From an uncultured Eubacteriales bacterium (GTDB lineage: Bacteria > Bacillota > Clostridia > Oscillospirales > Acutalibacteraceae): DNA of 64,000 nt. Under the pieces are notes generated by a model. It saw nothing but the letters and a program-made list of their open reading frames with translations, ran no database searches and was not told where the DNA came from. Of the stretch, positions 30,020-38,792 are shown piece by piece. Made by a program: the position numbers and the translations under genes. The stretch is taken from positions 116,227 to 180,226 of the forward strand of contig CAKSWC010000003.1 of the NCBI GenBank assembly GCA_934511365.1, written 5' to 3'. Position 1 is the first letter of the stretch. Every line of letters begins with the position of its first letter.

Positions 30020-32596
30020 TCAGTTTATCTCGGTTTTAAGCGTTTCAACGATTGAGTCATCTTTGAGCTTTCTGACTGAATAGTACATTGAAAAGCCGAC
30101 AATGACAAATACTACGGCTGCACAGCCGAGATATGTCCACGGATTCGGACTGAACGGTATTGTGTCTGAGCCGACCGTGATGTTCATACAGTAGCAAATT
30201 ACAAGGCTTATGGGCATTGAGAAAATGAGTGCTTTTGCGCCGTAGAAAAAGCTTTCAAGGCATATCATTTTGGTAAAGCCTTTTGGCGTTGTTCCAACTG
30301 ATTTGAGCATTGCAAATTCCTTGCGCCGCATCATAATTCCGGTTGAAACAGTGTTGATAATGTTGGCTATTGCAATCATTGTGATGAGAGTGATGAAACC
30401 ATAGACAAAGACCTGAAGAGCAAAGGTCAGTGAATTTATCATCTGGTAATTCTGGGCATAGTAGTTATAGCTGCCGCCGATGCCTTGAGCATCAAGGAAC
30501 GCTGTCAGTTGTTCGTCAACAACGCTGTGGTTCTGGGCTTTGACGCCATAGCTCGTATTGAAAATTTCATAATGCTCAATGTCCTCTTTGTTGCCTTTTG
30601 ACAAGCAGTCTTTATACAGTCTGTCATACACTTTCAAATACTCGCTTATCGGGCAATAGAGGGAGAAAGCACCCTTTCCGTTGAGCAAACAAATGTAATC
30701 ATTGGAGTCAAATTTTGCAAGACCGCCGATTTCATAGGTAAAACGAACGCCTTTGGCGAGCTCATAAAAATCTTCCGTGTAAGTTTTGCCTATTATTGAT
30801 GAGTTAAAAATTCCCGAGTTTCCGTTGGTTCTTCTCAAGTCATCCATAAGGACGCATTTCAGGTTCTTCTGATTGTAATAATCGTCAGGATTCAGTTTGT
30901 TATCCTTGCAAAGGCGATTGAAAGCGTCATCATCAACTGCTGTCAGATAAACATGGATTTTGTTCTTAACTAAGTTTTTATATTGCGCGGTATAATTTTC
31001 GGCGTCAACAAACGGAGATTTTTTATCTTCTGGTGTATATCTCAAATAATTTGAACTGAAATTATAATATTTATCAATTTCATCAATTTCAGCGAGCTCT
31101 TTTTCAAGCTTCTCTCTGTCTTTAACATAGACGCCAACAACAATATCATACGGAACATCCTTTGCGTAATCGTTAGACAGAACAAGCATCTGGCAAAAAT
31201 AGTTGACGCAGAGGAAAAGAACAACCGAAAGAGCGATTGAAGCGGTAATCATGTTTGTTTTGCGGCGATTGCGCTTGAGGCTCTTGTTTGCAAGCTCGCC
31301 CTCATAACCGAAAACTTTGCGGATAAGCTTTGAGGAACGAATTTTCCTTGCTTTGAGCTTGAAGTCATCTTTTTGTCTGATTGCATCAATCGGTGTGATT
31401 TTTGAAGCCCTTCTTGCCGGAATATAAAGCGAAATGAAAATTGTAAGTGCGCTGAAAAGAACAATTAAAACAATTACAAGCGGATTGACCGTTGCCGTGA
31501 ATTTGAGTCCGGCATCCTTTGCGGAATCAGACAAAAGTCCGGAGGAAATAATTTTGTCCCCAACAAGGTAAAGTGTGATTGCAATTCCGACAAAACCGGC
31601 AACTATACCGACCGGAATTCCTATAGCGCCAAGAATCAAACCTTCAAAGTATACCGACGCTCTTTTTTGCTTTTTGGTTGCACCAACGCTTGCAAGCATA
31701 CCGAGATAACGCACTCTTTCGGAAAGTGACATTCCAAAGGCGTTATAAATGAGCATGACGGAAGCGATGATGATTATGACAAGACAAACCGCGCAAAGGG
31801 GCAGGAGAGTGGTCAGAGCAAAGCTGTCCGAAGAAAGCGCAAATTTGGAAGTAAGAAGGTCCTTATTCATTCCCATGCTTGAAGTTTCCGTTGTCAGCTT
31901 ATACTCCTTGTCGAGTGTTTTGATTGTATTGATACTGTTATAATCAAGCTTTTTAAGGGTGAAATATACGGAGGCCCTGTTCCTATTGAGTGCTTTTGCA
32001 ATGCCCGAGTTTGCGGCAAAAGTAATGAAACCGGCCGGCTGATTATTGTTCATTATGCCAACAACAGTGTATGATATGGTCTTGTTACCCTTGAAACTCA
32101 GTTCTTCGTCATCCGAGCCGTTATCCGGAACGGCAAGAGTGATTTTTCCACCGAGACCGGTGCCGGGAAAGTATTTATCAAGATATTTGCGGTTAATCAT
32201 GGCTTCGCTGTCGTTTTCAGGAAGTCTGCCTTCAAATTTGCATTGAACAAACATATTCATAAGCTCTTTGTCGGCGTTTGTAATTATAAAATCCTTTTTT
32301 GCCTGTCCTTTATCGTTTAAAACAAAGCCCCAGCTGTTTTCCGTTGCAATTCCTATCTTGTCAATACGTTCATCTTCTCTGAATTTTTCAAAGGTCTGAA
32401 GCCCCATCTCGGCTGCTGCGTGCCAGTTGCCGTTCTGAATGATGCTCAGGTTTCCGAAAAGATTCATCAGTGAAAATGCCGCAACAAAAACGGCAGTTAT
32501 CATTGCAACGGAGACGCAGATTCCGAGCGTTGTTACAACGGAGCGGCTTTTGTTTTCTTTAAGATGGCGCAGTGTCAGTTTTTTAACGATATTCAT
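30020..32596 (-). CDS. ABC transporter permease of the FtsX/BceB type
   Basis: An 858-aa product with multiple TM segments and two FtsX-like halves. It is coupled to the ATPase gene by an ATGA overlap. Confidence 0.75.
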   Translation of the reverse strand: MNIVKKLTLRHLKENKSRSVVTTLGICVSVAMITAVFVAAFSLMNLFGNLSIIQNGNWHAAAEMGLQTFEKFREDERIDKIGIATENSWGFVLNDKGQAKKDFIITNADKELMNMFVQCKFEGRLPENDSEAMINRKYLDKYFPGTGLGGKITLAVPDNGSDDEELSFKGNKTISYTVVGIMNNNQPAGFITFAANSGIAKALNRNRASVYFTLKKLDYNSINTIKTLDKEYKLTTETSSMGMNKDLLTSKFALSSDSFALTTLLPLCAVCLVIIIIASVMLIYNAFGMSLSERVRYLGMLASVGATKKQKRASVYFEGLILGAIGIPVGIVAGFVGIAITLYLVGDKIISSGLLSDSAKDAGLKFTATVNPLVIVLIVLFSALTIFISLYIPARRASKITPIDAIRQKDDFKLKARKIRSSKLIRKVFGYEGELANKSLKRNRRKTNMITASIALSVVLFLCVNYFCQMLVLSNDYAKDVPYDIVVGVYVKDREKLEKELAEIDEIDKYYNFSSNYLRYTPEDKKSPFVDAENYTAQYKNLVKNKIHVYLTAVDDDAFNRLCKDNKLNPDDYYNQKNLKCVLMDDLRRTNGNSGIFNSSIIGKTYTEDFYELAKGVRFTYEIGGLAKFDSNDYICLLNGKGAFSLYCPISEYLKVYDRLYKDCLSKGNKEDIEHYEIFNTSYGVKAQNHSVVDEQLTAFLDAQGIGGSYNYYAQNYQMINSLTFALQVFVYGFITLITMIAIANIINTVSTGIMMRRKEFAMLKSVGTTPKGFTKMICLESFFYGAKALIFSMPISLVICYCMNITVGSDTIPFSPNPWTYLGCAAVVFVIVGFSMYYSVRKLKDDSIVETLKTEIN

Positions 32597-33279
32597 CAGC
32601 CGTTCACCCCGTCCTTAACAATCTTTCCGTCAACGATTGCTATTGTTCTGTCCGCTGAAAGAGCGATGCTCTCATCATGAGTAATAATAATAACAGTCTG
32701 GCCGTGTTCGCGGTTGAAGCGGCGAAGAAGCGAGATTATTTCGTGGCTGTTTTTGCTGTCAAGGTTACCGGTCGGTTCGTCGGCAAGCATGAGAGCCGGG
32801 CTATTGATGAGTGCGCGGCCGATTGAAACTCTCTGCTGCTGTCCGCCGGAAAGCTGATTGGGCAGGAAGCCGAGCCTTTTTGAAAGGCCGAGTGTTTCCG
32901 TCAGTTCTTTTATAACGGCTTTGTCCGGCTTTTTTCCGTCGAGCAGCAAGGGGAGGGTCATGTTTTCCTCAACGGTGAGAATCGGAATAAGGTTGTAAAA
33001 CTGATAGATAAGTCCAATCTGTCTGCGGCGGAAGATTGCAAGCGCGGTTTCATCAAGCTTTGAAATGTCTGTTCCGTCAATAACAACACTTCCGCTTGTT
33101 GGAACATCAACGCCGCCGAGAATATGGAGAAGCGTGGACTTTCCGGAACCGGACGGTCCGATAATTGCAACAAACTCACCCTTTTCAACGGAAAAGGAGA
33201 CATTGTCAAGAGCTTTAACAGCGGTGTCGCCGTTTCCGTAGGTTTTGCAAAGATTTTTGATTTCAAGAATTTTCATTTT
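32596..33279 (-). CDS. ABC transporter ATP-binding protein (BceA/MacB-like)
   Basis: Carries Walker A GPSGSGKSTLL, signature LSGGQQQRVSIGRAL and Walker B LMLADEPTGNLD. The start at MKILEIKNL has GGAG upstream (the ORF track over-extends to 33402). Confidence 0.85.
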   Translation of the reverse strand, partial: KMKILEIKNLCKTYGNGDTAVKALDNVSFSVEKGEFVAIIGPSGSGKSTLLHILGGVDVPTSGSVVIDGTDISKLDETALAIFRRRQIGLIYQFYNLIPILTVEENMTLPLLLDGKKPDKAVIKELTETLGLSKRLGFLPNQLSGGQQQRVSIGRALINSPALMLADEPTGNLDSKNSHEIISLLRRFNREHGQTVIIITHDESIALSADRTIAIVDGKIVKDGVNG

Positions 33280-33398
33280 GATTGCTCCATTCATATGAAA
33301 ATAAGCAACGAAACACTGCTCGTTCCGTGCTCGTTGCTTATATAATATCTTATCAACCTTACTGCTCGGTGACAATAGGATTACAATTAAGTAATTTT

Positions 33399-34394
33399 TC
33401 AAAGACTGAGCGGAAGGCTGATTTTGAATGTTGTTCCTTTGTCAAGTTCACTTGAAACTTCAATTTTTCCGTTGTGGCGTTCAATTATAGCTTTGGTCAA
33501 AGCAAGACCGATTCCGACGCTTTCGGGTGAGGAATTCTTTCCGCGGTAGAAACGCTCAAAAACATGTTTGCGGTCCTCCTTGTCCATTCCGCAGCCGGTG
33601 TCTGTTATCTCAATCATTCCAAAAAGCGAGGTACTTTTAAAGCGGACAGAAATGCTACCGCCGCAAGGAGTGTGTTCAAGATCGTTTTTGATGATATTCG
33701 CAATCGCTTCGGTTATCCAGCCCTCATCTCCTCTGAAGCTGAAATCATTTCCGGCTTTTGAGAAGTTTATTTCGCGCAAGTCAAAGTTCACCAAAAAAGG
33801 CTTAACACTCTCCTCGAGCACGGCATCCGCAGAGAGAACATCGTTCCTGATTTCAACGGTGCCGGCATCAAGTTTTGAAAGCTTCAAAAGATTTTGAATG
33901 AGCCAACGCATTTTTTCAAGCTGCGTCTGAATTATGTCAACAAAATCTTTGCGCTTTTCCGCCGATTGCTCGTCTTTAAGAATATCGCTCATGACCATCA
34001 TTGAGGTCAGCGGTGTTTTGAGCTGATGAGATATATCGGTCATTGAATCGGCAAGGTAATTTTTATCCTTGATGAGCTTCTCATTTTGAAAACGCAGCAT
34101 AGCGATAATTTTATAAAGATTGTTTTTAAGAATCGAAAGCTCACCCTCGCTGTTATCCGGAAGGTCAAGATCGAGTTTTCCCGAGCAGACAGCTGAAAGA
34201 TATTCGTTGAGTTCCTCAATTTTTTTGAACCGTTTTTTTGTGTATACTATATATGTTGTGGCAACGGCAGCGCCGCATCCAAGACACAAAACGCCGGGAA
34301 TAACACCGTAATAAAAACAGAATGCAGAAAAAAGCAGCGTCAGTGCAGAAACCGCGCCAAGTGTTATTTTAAAACTTTTATCGTTCATTTTCAA
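33399..34394 (-). CDS. Sensor histidine kinase (intramembrane-sensing, BceS-like)
   Basis: Two N-terminal TM segments with no extracytoplasmic domain, the H-box ISHQLKTPLTSM, and an ATP-binding domain (ITDTGCGM...GLGLAL). Confidence 0.8.
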   Translation of the reverse strand: MKMNDKSFKITLGAVSALTLLFSAFCFYYGVIPGVLCLGCGAAVATTYIVYTKKRFKKIEELNEYLSAVCSGKLDLDLPDNSEGELSILKNNLYKIIAMLRFQNEKLIKDKNYLADSMTDISHQLKTPLTSMMVMSDILKDEQSAEKRKDFVDIIQTQLEKMRWLIQNLLKLSKLDAGTVEIRNDVLSADAVLEESVKPFLVNFDLREINFSKAGNDFSFRGDEGWITEAIANIIKNDLEHTPCGGSISVRFKSTSLFGMIEITDTGCGMDKEDRKHVFERFYRGKNSSPESVGIGLALTKAIIERHNGKIEVSSELDKGTTFKISLPLSL

Positions 34395-35067
34395 TCACAT
34401 ATCCCAGCCCGCGAACAGTTTTGATAATGGACGGACAAGCTGGATCCCTTTCAATTTTATCACGCAGACGCTTAATATAGACCGTTAGCGTGTTGTCGTT
34501 AACAAAATCACCGTCAACGTCCCAAATTTCCTCAAGAAGTCTGCTTCTTGAAAGGATTCTTCCGCGGTTATTGAGAAAAGTTAAAAGCAGCCTGTATTCC
34601 ATTGCGGTCAAAATTACGTCCTCGCCGCCCTTGGTCACTCTCGCTTCGTTCAGATTGACGCTGACATTGCCGAGCTTCACAACCGATTCGGTTTTATTTT
34701 TGCCGCAGCGGCGCAGAATACTTTTGATTCTTGCAACAAGCTCACGCACGCGAAACGGCTTTGTAATATAATCATCGGCGCCGATGTCAAGTCCCATAAC
34801 AACATTGACCTCGTCATCATAAGCGGTGAGAAAAATAACGGGAAAATCGCCCTTTTCCTTAACTTTGCGGCAAATGTCATATCCGCTGCCGTCCGGAAGA
34901 TTGATGTCCAGAATATACAGCGAAAAGGTTTCTTTATCAATAATGCTTTCAGCCTGTTTAACAGAGCGTGCAAGGGTGATTGTATACCCCTCGTTTTCAA
35001 GGGAATATTTAAGACCTATACCGATAGCTTCATCATCTTCAAGAAGAAAAATGTTCATTTGTAACAC
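34378..35067 (-). CDS. OmpR-family response regulator
   Basis: The receiver domain (LLEDDEAIG, ILDINLPDGSGYD) is followed by a winged-helix DNA-binding domain. Confidence 0.85.
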   Translation of the reverse strand: MLQMNIFLLEDDEAIGIGLKYSLENEGYTITLARSVKQAESIIDKETFSLYILDINLPDGSGYDICRKVKEKGDFPVIFLTAYDDEVNVVMGLDIGADDYITKPFRVRELVARIKSILRRCGKNKTESVVKLGNVSVNLNEARVTKGGEDVILTAMEYRLLLTFLNNRGRILSRSRLLEEIWDVDGDFVNDNTLTVYIKRLRDKIERDPACPSIIKTVRGLGYVIENER

Positions 35068-35120
35068 CTCGCAGGTATTTTAGCACATATTGCGCAATCT
35101 TTCCATTACAATTCAGTAAT

Positions 35121-35146
35121 AAAAAAACCGGCGGATAACCGCCGGG
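35121..35146 (-). terminator. Rho-independent terminator after the cytidylate-kinase-like gene (minus strand)
   Basis: The stem ccggcggttatccgccgg is followed on the minus strand by ttttttt. Confidence 0.55.
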
Positions 35147-35152
35147 GAGAAC

Positions 35153-35764
35153 TTAGCCGAACCAGGCTTTTGCATACGCCGCAATTCCGGGAACAAGGGC
35201 TTTAATCTCCTTGCCGGTCGTGTTGACGCAAAGATGATAGCTTTCCTTTTTTCCCCAAGGGGAATCGGAAAGCAGGGCGCGGTGTCTCGCACGCGCGGAG
35301 TCAATCTGCTTAATTCTTCTTTCGTACTCACGCCTGGTGAGTTCTTCGCTTTCCGGTGCGCGATCAATGCAGCGGTCGATTTTTGAATACATATCGGCGT
35401 GAACAAAAATATTTAACGGGGAGTAATCGCTGAGAATGATATCGGCGCTGCGGCCGACGATTACAAAATCCTCCCCCTTGCGTGCAAGCTGAATAATAAA
35501 GCTCTGCTGAGCAACAAGCGCTTTTGTGTAATTCTGCTGGGTAACATCCGAAAACGCAAAGGAACGCCCAAAGGAAAAGGGGAATGATCTCGGAATACCC
35601 GTTTCAAGAATTTTTTCAACATAGCCCTCATTAAGCTCACTGTTTTTGGCAACAGCCGCAATAATCTCTCTGTCGTAATAAGCGATGCCGAGTTCATCGG
35701 CAAGTCTTTTTCCGACCTCTCTTCCGCCCGAACCGAATTCACGGCTGATTGTGATGATTTTCAT
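35153..35764 (-). CDS. Cytidylate kinase-like family protein (P-loop)
   Basis: MKIITISREFGSGGREVGKRLADELGIAYYDREII fits the family. The start at 35764 has GGAG upstream. Confidence 0.6.
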   Translation of the reverse strand: MKIITISREFGSGGREVGKRLADELGIAYYDREIIAAVAKNSELNEGYVEKILETGIPRSFPFSFGRSFAFSDVTQQNYTKALVAQQSFIIQLARKGEDFVIVGRSADIILSDYSPLNIFVHADMYSKIDRCIDRAPESEELTRREYERRIKQIDSARARHRALLSDSPWGKKESYHLCVNTTGKEIKALVPGIAAYAKAWFG

Positions 35765-35994
35765 AAGCTGACGCTCCTTTCGTTGTGATAACACCGTCAA
35801 AGAAGTTATATATTAGTCTTTAATCGGTCATACCACATTTTATCATCTTTTTTTAATACTTGCAACAATATCACAGGAAAAAACGGAGAAAAAATCTTTT
35901 AGCATCAATAATAATTGTTGACAAAAACTCTGTAAAATGTTAAACTATTTATGAACAAAGATAAACCCAATATCTCTAAAAAGGAGTTGTACGT

Positions 35995-37437
35995 ATGAAA
36001 AAAATACTTTGCCTGATTTTATCACTCACACTTCTTGTTTCATCTTTGAGCATTGGTGTATTTGCCGATGGCGGCAACGATAAAATGAACTTCAACTTTG
36101 ACCTGTCCAAGCTTGTTACGGACAAAATCAATGAGATTGACTTCAAAAAAGCGCTCGAGAATTTCAATTTCAACGGCGATATTCCCGATGACTGCAAAAC
36201 GCCTGAGGGTCAGTATGACATTGAAAGGCTTGTTACAAGCGGCACCGCCTCAAATGTCTATATGTTTGGCCTTTCGATTGATTTTCTGTATAACAGCGAG
36301 GAAACTCTCCTTTGGACCAAGCTTCCGGCGAGCGGAGACCCTTACTGCACAAACTGCAAAAAGGCTTTCAAGGCTGATGCCGTGCCCAATAAAACTTGCC
36401 CCGACTGCGGAAAAGCTTTGAAGATTGACACAATTTATAACGACATGGCTCTTGCTTGCGGCAATCTCAATTTCTGCCTGAAAAAGATATTCAACAAGTA
36501 TTACGAGGGTAATAAGCTTTATACAGCGGCGAACGCAACAAAAATTTGCAATATCATCGGCCATCTTCTTTTCACCAATTACACCGATCAGAACATCGGC
36601 TTTGACATTCCGCTTGTTGAAGATAATGAAGAAAACGTCAATTTGTTCTATGACACTATTGCCGAAAAGAGCGGACTTAAAGAGCTTATTCAGAAAAACT
36701 GGTGCAATTCTCCGAGACTTAATTATAAGCCCCTGCTTTATACCCTTGGTGTAAACTTTGAGGATTTTCCGGCTCCGGAAAGAGATATTTATGATGCCAA
36801 ATATGTTTCAAGAATTCTTTTGAGCTCGATTATCAGTTCTGTTATGAGTTTCGGCCCCGTGAATTATCTTCTTGACGTTATCTGGGCTTTTTCAAGAACA
36901 TATGCCATCTTTTTGTATGAGCCGATAAAAGCACTCTTCAGCGTTAAAATCTCCAGCGGTCTCATTCAGGAAGATGAACTCAAAACCTTTAAGGGACTTC
37001 TCAACCTGATTTTTAACAACAACAATTCCGCCGATACCTCAAAGCTTCAGTTTATTACTCCGCCGTCACGCAGATTTGCAACCTCGGTTGACACAACGGA
37101 GCTGTTCCTTTATGTTATCATCTATCTCAATCTTGTTGGCAAAAACGGGAACAATCCGGCCGTTATTGAAAACATTAAGAGTAATATCAACTCAAACTCA
37201 ATGTTTGACGATAATGACAAGCAGTATCTTGTTTCAATAGTTGACGGTCTTTTCTGCGGCAATCTCAATGAGCTTGTTCCGATGCTTGCGAATTACTTTT
37301 TTGAAAATATTTCAGACATCAAGGATACATTGTGGCAGAAATTTGTCAAGATGATTAAGAATTTCATTAAGAATTTTGTTGGCGTTTTCGATAAGATTTA
37401 TAAGAATTTTAAAAACATCGGAAACTGGATGAAGTAA
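35995..37437 (+). CDS. Secreted hypothetical protein with a Cys-containing central region
   Basis: Signal peptide MKKILCLILSLTLLVSSLSIGVFA, followed by CTNCKKAFKADAVPNKTCPDCGKALK. Confidence 0.55.
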   Translation: MKKILCLILSLTLLVSSLSIGVFADGGNDKMNFNFDLSKLVTDKINEIDFKKALENFNFNGDIPDDCKTPEGQYDIERLVTSGTASNVYMFGLSIDFLYNSEETLLWTKLPASGDPYCTNCKKAFKADAVPNKTCPDCGKALKIDTIYNDMALACGNLNFCLKKIFNKYYEGNKLYTAANATKICNIIGHLLFTNYTDQNIGFDIPLVEDNEENVNLFYDTIAEKSGLKELIQKNWCNSPRLNYKPLLYTLGVNFEDFPAPERDIYDAKYVSRILLSSIISSVMSFGPVNYLLDVIWAFSRTYAIFLYEPIKALFSVKISSGLIQEDELKTFKGLLNLIFNNNNSADTSKLQFITPPSRRFATSVDTTELFLYVIIYLNLVGKNGNNPAVIENIKSNINSNSMFDDNDKQYLVSIVDGLFCGNLNELVPMLANYFFENISDIKDTLWQKFVKMIKNFIKNFVGVFDKIYKNFKNIGNWMK

Positions 37438-37474
37438 TGAATAAGTTTTGTTCTCGTTGCAAAGAATAAAACAG

Positions 37475-37517
37475 AGCCCGAACAGCGCGTTTTCGGCTGT
37501 TCGGGCTTCATTTTTTA
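37475..37517 (+). terminator. Rho-independent terminator
   Basis: The stem gagcccgaacagc...gctgttcgggcttc is followed by attttttatt. Confidence 0.6.
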
Positions 37518-37536
37518 TTCAAAGGTGGTTAAAACA

Positions 37537-37710
37537 ATGAATTGTAGCGATGCAAACAAGTCCATTGGCTGCACTGTTGAAAAGTGTGCCCATCATTGCC
37601 ATTCCGAAAATTACTGCACCCTTAACCAGGTTTCAATCGGAACTCATGAAACCGACCCGAAGGTCTGCCAGTGCGTTGACTGCGAATCATTCGTTCCGAA
37701 GTCAAACTGA
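37537..37710 (+). CDS. DUF1540-like small Cys/His-rich protein
   Basis: MNCSDANKSIGCTVEKCAHHCHSENYCTLNQVSIGTHETDPKVCQCVDCESFVP is a duplicated C..V..C..H..C.....I.....T..C pattern. AAAGGTGG lies 8 nt upstream. Confidence 0.45.
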   Translation: MNCSDANKSIGCTVEKCAHHCHSENYCTLNQVSIGTHETDPKVCQCVDCESFVPKSN

Positions 37711-38006
37711 CGTCCAAAGGGGCTGTCGCAAAACGTGAAAACGTATAGCGGCAGTCCTCGTTTTTCGAGAAAAACCAATAAAAAGAAAAAACATCGTCAG
37801 AATTTGACGGTGGAATGGACGACAAAGCAGAGGTCGGTGAAAAATCGACCTCTTTTGTTGTATATTCTCTTGAATTTTACGAAGTTAAGCAATCATTTTT
37901 TCAAATAACGACCGTTCTAAACGATTGAAATTGATTCTGTTACAGAATTTTTCAACACTGGATCGTCTTTCGGGATAATTTTTTCAATTTCCAACGGTAA
38001 AACCAC

Positions 38007-38127
38007 TTGATTTCTGTTTCTAAACATAGTACAATTTCACTGCTTTCTATATGGTTTTTCTGCAACTAAATTATACTACGAAAGCAGCAACCGGGCAACC
38101 CTTTTTCGGGTCACCCGGTTGTTTTTC
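38007..38127 (+). ncRNA. Candidate small RNA (promoter TTGATT-17-TAcAAT through to a terminator hairpin)
   Basis: The -35 ttgatt (38007-38012) and -10 region tagtacaat (38027-38035) are followed by an internal hairpin gctttc...gaaagc and a terminator-like stem aaccgggcaaccc/gggtcacccggtt plus T5 (38089-38126). No coding potential. Confidence 0.2.
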
Positions 38128-38651
38128 TCTTATTTGAGATCGTCTTAATGCGACAGCCTCTTATATTAAGTTGGCATTCAGAGTATCACACATTTGCTAC
38201 AAACAATAACCAAAAATATTGTAGCACGAAAATGTCCGACTTTCAATACATAAGGCGATTACAGCCTTTTTCAGTGTTGAGGGTTACAATAGATTCAAGA
38301 CAGAAATCAAAAATAGAATGCTAAAGGAATGACTGCCAATGATATCTCGTCACACATCGAGGATATCTATGGCCTTAGGTATCAGACAGCCTTATGCACT
38401 TTTAAATATGCTTTATCTTGCTCAAGTCGATATCACGAAAAATGGACAGTTAAGCGCAGAGATTGGGGTAAAGTTTCCCTTTCGGCTTGAAGTTTCCTTT
38501 GCCGACAGTCTCCACAAATAGCGGAAATCAGGATGTGTAAGCCGCAATACAGCTCACACATCCCATTACTATCTGATTTTTATACCGTCATGTGGTGTGT
38601 ATATACAAAATTTGAAGGCGAGCCGCTTTCGGTGCGGTGAACCAACTTCGT

Positions 38652-38792
38652 TTATTTTTTACATTTGTCACATGAACAGCTACAGCTTTTGCAACAGCCG
38701 CAGCAACTGTTTTTTCTTTTTTTCATGCTTATGATTGCAGCGATGAGTGCGGCAATTATAAGCACAAGACAGATAATATCATAACAACTCAT
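38652..38792 (-). CDS. FeoB-associated Cys-rich membrane peptide
   Basis: The 46-aa MSCYDIICLVLIIAALIAAIISMKKRKNSCCGCCKSCSCSCDKCKK has one TM segment and a Cys-rich tail. Its ATG overlaps the feoB stop (TAATG at 38790-38794). Confidence 0.6.
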   Translation of the reverse strand: MSCYDIICLVLIIAALIAAIISMKKRKNSCCGCCKSCSCSCDKCKK

